DNA of 64,000 nt. It comes from Deltaproteobacteria bacterium. Its GTDB lineage: Bacteria > Myxococcota_A > Polyangia > Polyangiales > Houyiibacteriaceae. The stretch lies in NCBI GenBank assembly GCA_013151775.1, contig JAADHO010000118.1:988-64987 (forward strand). The letters are read 5' to 3'. The notes beneath the pieces were generated by a model. The model was not told the origin of the DNA. It did not search any database and saw only the letters and a program-made list of their open reading frames with translations. The translations under genes and the position numbers were made by a program. This document shows, piece after piece, positions 1 through 8,383 of this stretch (position 1 is the first letter of the stretch; every line of letters starts with the position of its first letter).

Positions 1-27
1 GCGTCGAGCATAGTCCATGACTGGTGC

Positions 28-1518
28 TTGTCCTCCAGCCGACAGCGCGGGATGCTTCGGGGCATGACCGACGACGCATCCTCGCCCGGCAGCTTCCCGT
101 CACTGACCATCACTGCGAGCGAACTCGTGCCGCGAGGCAGCTTCGCCGAGGCACAAGCGCTCTATCTTCGGCCCGACGCCGCGACCATCAGCGCCGTCGA
201 GGCGCTGCTCGAGCGCACGCGCACGGGCGTGGTGGCGCACTTCTACATGGACCCGGAGCTGCAAGGCGTGCTCGCCGGCTGCGAGTGGCCCTTCATCCAC
301 GTCTCCGACTCCCTCGCCATGGCTGACGCGGCCATCGGCATGGTGGAGAAGGGCGCCGAGCGCATCGTCGTGCTCGGCGTGGACTTCATGAGCGAGAACG
401 TGCGCGCCATGCTCGACGCGGCGGGCCACGAGTCGATCCCCGTGCACCGCGTCAGCGCCGAGCCCATCGGCTGCTCCCTCGCGGAGAGCGCCGAGTCGGA
501 CGCCTACCTCGCCTACCTCGACGACGCGGCGGAGCATCCGCGCGCGCTGCACGTCGTCTACATCAACACCAGCCTGCGCACCAAAGCCCTCGCCCACGCG
601 CGCGTGCCGACACTCACCTGCACCTCGAGCAACGTGGTGAGGACCATCCTGCAAGCGGACGCGGAGATCCCCGACCTCTCCGTGTTCTTCGGCCCCGACA
701 CCTACATGGGCGAGAACCTCGACGCCCTCTTCGGCTCCCTTGCCGAGCTCGGTGACGACGCCATCCGCGCCCTGCACCCCGAGCACGACGCCACGAGCGT
801 GCGCGCCTTGGTCGAGCGCCTACACCATTTCGAGCAAGGCAATTGCGTCGTCCACCATATGTTCGGCGCCGAGGTCGTCGGCTTGGTGCGCGCGGACTAC
901 CCCGACGCCCACATCACGGCGCACCTCGAGGTGCCAGGCGAGATGTTCGCCCTCGGGCTGCGCGCGCAACGCGAGGGGCGCGGCGTGGTGGGCTCCACCT
1001 CGGACATCCTCGGGCACATCGAGGCGCAGACGCGCGCGGCGATGCAAGCCGACGGCGCGCGGCAGCTGCAGTTCGTGCTGGGCACGGAGGCCGGCATGGT
1101 GACGCCCATCGTGCGCCGCGTGCAGGAGCTGTTGAGGCAGGACCTGGAGCGGGACGTGGCGGTGGAGATCATCTTCCCCGTGGCGAGCGAGGCCATCGCC
1201 CCCGCACCGGAGAGCGAGCTCGGCGTCGTGCCGGGCGTGGTCTCGGGCGAAGGCTGCACGCTTGCCGGCGGCTGCGCGACCTGCCCCTACATGAAGATGA
1301 ACTCACTCGCGAACCTGCGCGCGACGCTCGAGCGCGATGTCACAGACCTGAGCGACCACGAGCCACGCACCTACCCCGAGAAGGTCGCTCACCGCCAAGT
1401 GGCCGAGCTCGGCTCGGAGCCCATCCTGCACATGCGCCACTTCTCGCGCACAGGCCAGATGGCGCCCGCCCTGGTCGAGGACGTGATCACGCGCTACGCC
1501 AGGCGCCAGGTCGGCTGA
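28..1518 (+). CDS. nadA: quinolinate synthase NadA (long form)
   Basis: 496-aa ORF. NadA-like motifs are visible in the translation: HFYMDPELQ, TSSN, VVHHMFG and the C-terminal Cys cluster GEGCTLAGGCATCPYMKMN. The start is ambiguous (TTG 28, ATG 52 or ATG 64). Confidence 0.85.
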   Translation: MSSSRQRGMLRGMTDDASSPGSFPSLTITASELVPRGSFAEAQALYLRPDAATISAVEALLERTRTGVVAHFYMDPELQGVLAGCEWPFIHVSDSLAMADAAIGMVEKGAERIVVLGVDFMSENVRAMLDAAGHESIPVHRVSAEPIGCSLAESAESDAYLAYLDDAAEHPRALHVVYINTSLRTKALAHARVPTLTCTSSNVVRTILQADAEIPDLSVFFGPDTYMGENLDALFGSLAELGDDAIRALHPEHDATSVRALVERLHHFEQGNCVVHHMFGAEVVGLVRADYPDAHITAHLEVPGEMFALGLRAQREGRGVVGSTSDILGHIEAQTRAAMQADGARQLQFVLGTEAGMVTPIVRRVQELLRQDLERDVAVEIIFPVASEAIAPAPESELGVVPGVVSGEGCTLAGGCATCPYMKMNSLANLRATLERDVTDLSDHEPRTYPEKVAHRQVAELGSEPILHMRHFSRTGQMAPALVEDVITRYARRQVG

Positions 1519-1521
1519 GCG

Positions 1522-3135
1522 TCAGCCACCGGAATCCCACGGAGGCGGGGTGCAGGGCGTGAGGTCGACGCGCACGCTGACGTTCCCCGCGAGTCCGTTC
1601 TCCGTCGGGCGCAGGGCGAGACGCGAGAGGCTGCGCCGCAGACAGCTCCCGGCGCGACCCGTGCCGCTGGGCAGCACGCCCTCGAAGCGCACGTTTCCAA
1701 CGACGCCGTCGGTGGTGACGGAGAACTTCAGCGCCGGCAGGGACGCCACGCCCGGTGGCAGCCGAGCCGCACAGCGAGCCGCCCGGGAGTTGACGGGCCC
1801 GAGGGCCGAGGCGAGCTTGTCGGGAGAGTAGAGGCCGTAGGTCGGGCCGGGGCTGAGCCGAATGCCGGCGACACAAGCTCGTGGCACGCGACGGGAGTGG
1901 TGTGACGCCGGGGCCTGCGCCGCTGGGATCGGCACGATGCGCCCTTGGGGTAGATCGGTCCGAGTCTTGGAGCTGCCGAGCTGTGGATCCGAGTCCGCCC
2001 GAGGCGTGCTCGGGATCGCTGGAGCCGCGGTGGGCGTAGGCGCCGAGCTGGGAGACGCCGCTGGAGCGCCCGGGGATTCCGTCGCTAGCTCGGGCTCGGA
2101 CGTCCTCCGCATCACGAAGTAGACCGCGGCTGCGACCGAGCCCGACACGATCAGCAACGCGAGGGCGCCCAAGGCCAGCCAGAGACCGAGATTCGCGGAT
2201 CGAGCGCGTGGACGACGGACGCGACGCGGCGCCTGCGCGTGAATCGAGGTCTGGGCGGCGTGCTCCGCCTTCATGCGCGAGCCGCCGATGGCCGAGAGCG
2301 CGGCCCTCATGGCGTCGACGGTCTGGAAGCGGGACGCCGGATCCTTGGCGGTGGCCTGCTCCACCAGAGCCACCAGATCGGGCGGCAGCCCAGGTCGACC
2401 CACGCTCAGCGGCTCGGGCGCTGACTCCTGAATCGCCATCAAGAGCGCGGCCTGATCGTGCGTCGGGAAAGGCGCGCGCGCCGTCAGCGCGACCTGCATC
2501 ACGAGGCCGAGGGAGTAGATGTCCGCGCGCCCATCCACGGCGTCGCCCCGGGCCTGCTCCGGCGCCATGAAGAGGGGCGTGCCCACGAGCTGACCCGTGC
2601 GCGTGAGGCGCGCGAACTCGTCCGTCTCGCGCAATTTCGCGGTGCCGAAGTCGAGCAGCTTGACCACGTCGGCGACGCCCGCGAGCTGCGTGAGGAAGAT
2701 GTTCGCCGGCTTGAGATCGCGATGCACGATGCCGGCGCGATGCGCGGCGCCGAGGGCGTCGAGCACCTGCCCCGTGATGAAGAGCACGCGCTCCACGCTC
2801 ATGGGACCGCTGACCTGAATCGCCTGCTCGAGGCTGTCGCCGCTCAAAAGCTCCATCACCAAGAAGGCCGTGCCGTCCGCATCCTGCGCGAGATCGGTGA
2901 CCTGCACGATGTGCGGATGGGAGAGGGCCGCCGCGGAGATCGCCTCCCGCCGAAAGCGTTCGATGGCCGTGCGACTCTGGGCGAAGCCCGGATGCATCAC
3001 CTTCAGGGCGACGCGCCGGCCGAGATCCTCCTGCGTGGCCTCGTAGACCACCCCCATGCCGCCCTCGGAGAGCCGCCGCGTGACGCGATAGCGACCTCCC
3101 AGAAGCCTTCCTACGAGCTCGTCCTCCACAACCAT
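1522..3135 (-). CDS. Hanks-type Ser/Thr protein kinase with a TM segment and Pro/Ala-rich tail
   Basis: Kinase motifs VALKVM, HRDLKPANIF, DFGTAK and MAPEQ. TM segment LGLWLALGALALLIVSG. Convergent with nadA, with the two stops 3 nt apart. Confidence 0.9.
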   Translation of the reverse strand: MVVEDELVGRLLGGRYRVTRRLSEGGMGVVYEATQEDLGRRVALKVMHPGFAQSRTAIERFRREAISAAALSHPHIVQVTDLAQDADGTAFLVMELLSGDSLEQAIQVSGPMSVERVLFITGQVLDALGAAHRAGIVHRDLKPANIFLTQLAGVADVVKLLDFGTAKLRETDEFARLTRTGQLVGTPLFMAPEQARGDAVDGRADIYSLGLVMQVALTARAPFPTHDQAALLMAIQESAPEPLSVGRPGLPPDLVALVEQATAKDPASRFQTVDAMRAALSAIGGSRMKAEHAAQTSIHAQAPRRVRRPRARSANLGLWLALGALALLIVSGSVAAAVYFVMRRTSEPELATESPGAPAASPSSAPTPTAAPAIPSTPRADSDPQLGSSKTRTDLPQGRIVPIPAAQAPASHHSRRVPRACVAGIRLSPGPTYGLYSPDKLASALGPVNSRAARCAARLPPGVASLPALKFSVTTDGVVGNVRFEGVLPSGTGRAGSCLRRSLSRLALRPTENGLAGNVSVRVDLTPCTPPPWDSGG

Positions 3136-3225
3136 CGCATCCTACCAGATGGCGCCACCCCCGGCGCCCGCCAACAGACGCAGGCGAAGCAGGAGGTATT
3201 CAACGGCAGGTGGCAATCACACAAC

Positions 3226-4023
3226 ATGCTACCAGCGTTCGATATTGGCACACTTATCGAGTTTATGGCACAATGGCACATGACCACTTCAAGCGATCCT
3301 CGGGCCCACCGACGCAAGGATCGCATCGCCGCGCGAGCGCGTTTTGGGAAGAACCTCGAGGGCTGTCGGCGCCAGCGTCAGCTCACGCAAGCCGCACTCG
3401 CCCAGCGACTCGGTGTGGATCGCTCCCTGGTCGCCCGCTGGGAGCGTGGGCAGCGGGATCCGGACCTGGCGATCCTGGAACGAGTCGCGAGCGCGTTGAA
3501 GGTACCGATGAGCCGCCTGGCCCGCGGCGTCGAGCGACTGCCCCCATCCGAAGCCGTGCTGAGAATCGAGCTGTCGGCGCTAGGCGTTCCGATCAGCACG
3601 GACTGGAGCAGTCCTCCGTGGGCTCTGCGCCCTGTAGAGACGACGCTCGCCGAAGCGCTCGAGCGAACGGATCCGCGAATCGTCGACGCCCTGCCCGGGG
3701 TGCTCGCCACGACGACGTTTCGTCCGCGCGTGCTCTGGGCCAAGGCCTCCGAGCGTGCGCTCACGGAGCGCCGACTCGGCTGGCTGACGGGTCTCGCGCA
3801 GACGCTGATCGCACGCGGCGTGGGATATGGAGGGGCACACCTCGAGGAGTTGGCTAGGCTAGTCCAGCTGCCCGGGACCGGTGCCGCTTGGGACGACGTG
3901 GGGAAAAGCGCCTCGGACCGACGCAAGCTGCCGCCCATCTCCAAGCGCTGGCGCGTGTCCTATGACCAAACGCTGCGCGGCTTCATGGCTGCGGCTGAAG
4001 CGCTGACGGAGCCGGCCCTTTGA
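3226..4023 (+). CDS. XRE-family helix-turn-helix transcriptional regulator
   Basis: This is the 3' part of track ORF 2458..4023. HTH signature QLTQAALAQRLGVDRSLVARWERGQRDP. The first in-frame ATGs outside the antisense kinase gene are at 3226, 3265 and 3280, so the start is uncertain. Confidence 0.7.
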   Translation: MLPAFDIGTLIEFMAQWHMTTSSDPRAHRRKDRIAARARFGKNLEGCRRQRQLTQAALAQRLGVDRSLVARWERGQRDPDLAILERVASALKVPMSRLARGVERLPPSEAVLRIELSALGVPISTDWSSPPWALRPVETTLAEALERTDPRIVDALPGVLATTTFRPRVLWAKASERALTERRLGWLTGLAQTLIARGVGYGGAHLEELARLVQLPGTGAAWDDVGKSASDRRKLPPISKRWRVSYDQTLRGFMAAAEALTEPAL

Positions 4024-4069
4024 ACGAGAGATCGGCCGACTGCCGACGCTCTAAACCGCCGGCCCGCCT

Positions 4070-5353
4070 CTACTGGCAGAAGAAGCCGACGCGGTCGTTG
4101 ACGTAGCTGCACGTTTGGCCCGCGCGGCGACAGTCGCGACGCTGGAGCGCGCCGTCTTGGCACCACACGGCGACGTCTGCGTCGCAGCGCCCGAGGTAGT
4201 CGATGCCCATGCAGGGATCGGGGACGCAGTAGTAGCCGTCGAGGGCGGGCACCAGCTCACACACGTCACCGCAGTCGCCGCAGGCGCGCTCGCGCAGCAC
4301 GCCACGCTCACACCAGCGGGCCGTGGAGCCGTCGCATTGGCCCACACCGTCGAGGCCACCGCAGGCGTTGTCGCCGGTCATGCAGCGATAGCCTGAGGCC
4401 ACGTCGTCCCAGCCGCAGGTCTCGCCGGCAGCGCAGACCTGACTCTGGGCGACCTCGCCCTCGCACCAGAGGGCCTGCCCGGAGACGCAGCGCCCCTGCG
4501 TGGTCAGCGAGCCGCAGGCGCCGCCGGGTACGATGGTCGGCCCCGTGAGCGCCTCGATGAAGTCGACCTGAATGTCGACGCGGGTGAAGTTGTCGACGCC
4601 GGTGCAGGAGCTGTCGCCGCCGCTGAGGTCGCCGGCCACGCGCACGGTGCCGTCGCTCGCGAGCAGCATCAGCGGGCCGCCGGAGTCGCCGAAGCAGACG
4701 CCGTGGCGCCCTTCGCCGTCGATGGAGATGAAGTTGCCGCGGATGTCGACGATGGGCTCCGCCGTGAAGGCGCGCACGCCCGAGCCACCCGTCTCGTTCT
4801 GGCCGTAGCCCGAAGCCTCCGCCGTGCGACGCAGCCAAGTGCGGTCCATGCGCTCCGTGAGGATAGGGATCGGGACGAGCTCGGGCGCGCGGCTGGTGGC
4901 GTCGGCGTCGACGTGGACCAGGGTGGTGTCGGCGTCGGGGTTGTTCTCGACGCGATCGCCACGGAAGCAGATGTTCGGATCCGCGGGATTCGCGCCGACG
5001 CAGAAGCTGGCGCCCGCGCGGATGCTGCAGTGCTTGGCGGTGAGCACCCAGCGCTCGGTGATGAAGGTGCCGCTGCAGCCGTCGAAGCTTCCGATGGCGA
5101 GCACCTGACCCGCCGACAACGGCAAGAAGCTCGGCGCCTCCGTGCCGTTGAAGATCAGCGCCGCCCGGCGCTCGTCACCCGCACATACAGCGGGCCCCGC
5201 GTCGGGCGCGGGCGCGGGCGCGGAGTCCATGGCGGAGGACGCGTCTGGCGTGGCGGCGTCGAAGACAGCGCTCGCGTCGGGCGAAGAGCCGGAGCCTCCA
5301 CAGGCGAGGACCAAGGAGCAAGAGACGATCAAGAGAGAGAGCAAACGACGCAT
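4070..5353 (-). CDS. secreted trypsin-like (S1) serine protease lipoprotein with three C-terminal Cys-rich modules
   Basis: LTAKHC (catalytic His) and GDSGGP (catalytic Ser). Lipoprotein-type signal MRRLLSLLIVSCSLVLAC from the ATG at 5353. Three ~50-aa modules, each with 6 Cys, at the C-terminus. Confidence 0.85.
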   Translation of the reverse strand: MRRLLSLLIVSCSLVLACGGSGSSPDASAVFDAATPDASSAMDSAPAPAPDAGPAVCAGDERRAALIFNGTEAPSFLPLSAGQVLAIGSFDGCSGTFITERWVLTAKHCSIRAGASFCVGANPADPNICFRGDRVENNPDADTTLVHVDADATSRAPELVPIPILTERMDRTWLRRTAEASGYGQNETGGSGVRAFTAEPIVDIRGNFISIDGEGRHGVCFGDSGGPLMLLASDGTVRVAGDLSGGDSSCTGVDNFTRVDIQVDFIEALTGPTIVPGGACGSLTTQGRCVSGQALWCEGEVAQSQVCAAGETCGWDDVASGYRCMTGDNACGGLDGVGQCDGSTARWCERGVLRERACGDCGDVCELVPALDGYYCVPDPCMGIDYLGRCDADVAVWCQDGALQRRDCRRAGQTCSYVNDRVGFFCQ

Positions 5354-5572
5354 GGAATCTCCAGCGGCCGCCGGGGGAACGCGAATGTTGCACACCCCCC
5401 AGGGTGCAGCAACGGGGAAGGCACGTGGGCAGGGCTAGATCACGGGCTCGAGCGCGCAACCCGAGTCTGAGAGGGGCGGAGAAACGACGGGGAGTTCGGA
5501 GCGCCCGCAGCCGACAGCGTTGAGTGCAACCGCCAGCGCAACGGCAGCCAGGCGCAAAGCCGGCCAAGCCTG

Positions 5573-5592
5573 CATGTCACGGAGTGCCCGCA
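5573..5592. repeat. 20-bp perfect direct repeat, copy 1 (CATGTCACGGAGTGCCCGCA)
   Basis: Identical 20-mer at 6232..6251. The bases flanking both copies differ. Confidence 0.9.
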
Positions 5593-6068
5593 TCTCCCAC
5601 ACCTGCGCCAGCCTCAACCGCAGACGTCGGAATACACACATTCCAACCAAGTCCCGCATCGCTCACCTGAACACACTGCTGATCCTCCAACGGCGTACAC
5701 CGTGCGGTTGCACCTGGAATACAGATCGGTACGCAGAGTCCATCAACTGTTGTGGTGCGATCGTTGACATTGAATGTGCCATCTCCGGCGATTACTACAC
5801 ACTCGGCAGATACACCTATTCTGCCCGACCATCCATAGCATCCGAGCGTGGCCCCGCAGCTCGAAGTACAGATGCGATACTGATAGCCGGAAGCCGACAA
5901 GTCGCGGCATTCAGGCGTCACCTCTGGGCAGTCGGCGTCCGTGGTGCACTGCACGTATGCACGCTCGAGGTTCGGCCCACCTCCATCACATGATGTAGTG
6001 AGCAAGAGAAGAACTGCGCTCAATACGGCGACTTCGAATCTTGAAAATCTGCGGGCCACGCTATCCAA
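5577..6068 (-). CDS. hypothetical Cys-rich lipoprotein in a lower-GC insert
   Basis: 163-aa ORF. Signal plus lipobox FEVAVLSAVLLLLTTSC. 14 Cys in the mature part. The surrounding ~640 bp is visibly AT-richer than its flanks. Confidence 0.55.
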   Translation of the reverse strand: MDSVARRFSRFEVAVLSAVLLLLTTSCDGGGPNLERAYVQCTTDADCPEVTPECRDLSASGYQYRICTSSCGATLGCYGWSGRIGVSAECVVIAGDGTFNVNDRTTTVDGLCVPICIPGATARCTPLEDQQCVQVSDAGLGWNVCIPTSAVEAGAGVGDAGTP

Positions 6069-6231
6069 TGTTCATCTGACAAAATAGACATGACGACGCA
6101 GTGTCGTCAATAGGCATACCACGATCACACTGCTCACGGGCCTCATGTTATCCTGATGATAGCACGAGGCCAGGTCGATGCCGAGAATCGGCGTGGCCGA
6201 CAACCAAGGGAAACTGACGAGGCCAAGGCCC

Positions 6232-6251
6232 CATGTCACGGAGTGCCCGCA
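6232..6251. repeat. 20-bp perfect direct repeat, copy 2
   Basis: Identical to 5573..5592. Confidence 0.9.
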
Positions 6252-6366
6252 GGCCGCGCAGACCGCCCTGCCCATCGCTCAGCCCTGCACCTAAGTGCGT
6301 CCACGCTCTCCGCACGATAGCGCACGCATTCGCGCAGCGTGTAGACGCGGTGCTAGACTGGTCCGC

Positions 6367-6954
6367 ATGGCCCCTCTCGCGCGCAAGCTCGCGACCTATG
6401 ATGACCTACTCGGCTTACCGAATGGTCTGCGAGCGGAGGTGGTGCGCGGACAGGTCGTCACTTCTCCCGCGCCCCTACCGCAGCACTCCAAGATCCAACG
6501 ATCGCTGGGTGGGGCGATCGGCGGCCCCTTCGATGATGACCCTGCGGGCCCTGGTGGTTGGTGGATCTTCCTGGAGGTCGACGTGCGCTTCGGAGCGCAC
6601 GATATTCTCAGGCCCGATCTCTCCGGTTGGCGCCGCGAGCGCCTGGCGAACCCAGCGGAGCTGCGACCGATCGACGTCACTCCCGACTGGGTTTGCGAGA
6701 TCCTTTCGCCCTCGACCGCGGTCCGAGACCGAGTGGAGAAGCGCACGATCCATGCGGACGCCGGCGTCCCCTTCCTGTGGATGGTGGATCCTTGGGTGCG
6801 CACGCTCGAGGCCTTCACTCTCGAGCGTGGGCACTGGCTGCTGACCGGCACGTTCGGCGAGTCGGCCACAGCGCGCATCGCCCCGTTCGACGCCATCGAG
6901 CTGCCGCTGAGCCGGCTCTTCCTTCCTCGCCAAGAGCCGCCCACAGGCGGATGA
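6367..6954 (+). CDS. Uma2-family (DUF820) putative endonuclease
   Basis: Start taken at MAPLARKL (ATG 6367). Family-typical core TPDWVCEILSPSTAVRDRVEKRTIHADAGVPFLWMVDP. Confidence 0.75.
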   Translation: MAPLARKLATYDDLLGLPNGLRAEVVRGQVVTSPAPLPQHSKIQRSLGGAIGGPFDDDPAGPGGWWIFLEVDVRFGAHDILRPDLSGWRRERLANPAELRPIDVTPDWVCEILSPSTAVRDRVEKRTIHADAGVPFLWMVDPWVRTLEAFTLERGHWLLTGTFGESATARIAPFDAIELPLSRLFLPRQEPPTGG

Positions 6955-7005
6955 GCCCAGTCACTGACGTTTGATCGGCACGCCTCTCGAACGCCGCGTC
7001 GTGGG

Positions 7006-8319
7006 TCAGTGGCAGTCTTCGTCGGTGTCGGGGCAGACGAAGCGGACGTGGAGGTGGTCACGGTGTCCGCGGTAGTGGCGGATGATGCCGAGTCGATGGC
7101 GACGTCCGCGGGGGTATTGAAACCAGCGCGAGAGCTGGTTCCGAGTCGCGCCGTGACGGCGGGCGTAGCGGTAGAGGGCGCGCGACAGGCCGTAGTCCAT
7201 GAACACGTACTCGAGCTCGTCGCGCTCGAGCCAGTGGTGGAGCAGGGCCCACTGTCGCCGCAGATCGAGCTGTTCGGGGTTCAGGCGACGGAAGGGGCAG
7301 GGCCGGCTGCCGCAGCGGCGCTGGTAGTAGCTGAGATCGACGTCGCGGCCGCTCTGGTGGCTGCGATGCCCACGCAGACGACCGCCTCGGCGTTTGCTGA
7401 GGTCGTGCACGGCGATCCGCGGACCGCCGGGGAACTGTTCGGTCACGGCGTCCACGCCTTCGGAGAGCCAGACGGTGGTCTCGAGCGTCGCGTAAGCGCG
7501 TGACAGCTCGCGGATGGCGTAGCCCGGGTTCGGGCGCAGGCGCTCGGCGTGGGCCAACGTGCCGCGGCTGGGCTTGCCGATGGACTCGCTGCGGCTCTCG
7601 CGCACCTCGGAGTAGATGCGCAGGTGCTGGCCGCGCTGGAGATGTCCGCGCCGGAGATGTGCGTTCCAGCGCCGGATCTCTCGCGGGCGCACATGAAAGC
7701 GCCGGGCGATGCTGCCGAGGCTCTCGCCGCGTCGCACCACGTGGTCGCGGAGAGGCGCGTCGGGCGCGGGGATGTTCAGCGTCTGGCCCTCGCGGATGCG
7801 GTCGGGGCGCAGGCCTTCGTTGAGGCGACGCAGCGCCGCCAAGGTCGTGCCCTGGGAGACGGCGATGCCGCTGAGCGTGTCGCCGCGACGCACACGGTAG
7901 GTCAGTGTGTCGACGTGGCGGGCGCGAGCGGGCGGAGTCGCCGGAGCGGCCGCAGGCTGGGGCTCGGGCTCGGAAGGCGCGGGGGCCTCGGCCGTTGGCT
8001 CGGCGTCCGGTGTGGCGGCGTGCGTCGCGTCGATCGCCTGCGGCTCTGCGTCGTCCTCGGGCGCGAGGCGCAGCTCCTGGCCCTCGAGGATGCGGTCCGA
8101 CGCGAGATGATTCCAGCGCCGCAGCTCGTCCACCGTGACCGAGAAGCGCAGGGCCAACAGGCTCAGCGCGTCGCCACGTCGCACGACGACCGTGCCCGTG
8201 TCAGCTCGAGCGGAGCCGGGCGCAGACACGAGGCCAACGCTGACGAGGGCGAAGACCCCGGCGCGCGCGATTCGTAGGCAGCTATGGCGCTCGAACGACA
8301 CCCTCAGGTTGTCGGACAA
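7006..8319 (-). CDS. LysM-domain murein endopeptidase (MepA / peptidase M74-like)
   Basis: Signal peptide. Three LysM-like units (VVRRGDALSLLALRF, YRVRRGDTLSGIAVSQG, HVVRRGESLGSIARRF). C-terminal metal-site motifs HRSHQSGRDVDL and HRDHLHVRF. Confidence 0.75.
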   Translation of the reverse strand: MSDNLRVSFERHSCLRIARAGVFALVSVGLVSAPGSARADTGTVVVRRGDALSLLALRFSVTVDELRRWNHLASDRILEGQELRLAPEDDAEPQAIDATHAATPDAEPTAEAPAPSEPEPQPAAAPATPPARARHVDTLTYRVRRGDTLSGIAVSQGTTLAALRRLNEGLRPDRIREGQTLNIPAPDAPLRDHVVRRGESLGSIARRFHVRPREIRRWNAHLRRGHLQRGQHLRIYSEVRESRSESIGKPSRGTLAHAERLRPNPGYAIRELSRAYATLETTVWLSEGVDAVTEQFPGGPRIAVHDLSKRRGGRLRGHRSHQSGRDVDLSYYQRRCGSRPCPFRRLNPEQLDLRRQWALLHHWLERDELEYVFMDYGLSRALYRYARRHGATRNQLSRWFQYPRGRRHRLGIIRHYRGHRDHLHVRFVCPDTDEDCH

Positions 8320-8383
8320 AGCCCGAGCCGGGTCCAGAAATCGGCAGAGGGGCGAGCGCCGTCATTGGCACTGCGCCGGTGGT

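Noticed and set aside
1513-1527. Palindrome GGCTGA-GCG-TCAGCC formed by the two convergent stop codons of nadA and the kinase, a possible bidirectional terminator.
   Set aside because: The stem is only 6 bp with a 3-nt loop and there is no U-tract on either strand. This is too weak to call a terminator.
2458-3225. The N-terminal 256 codons of track ORF 2458..4023.
   Set aside because: They run antisense to the well-supported kinase gene and have no motif. Only the 3' part, from 3226, with the HTH motif is taken as a gene.
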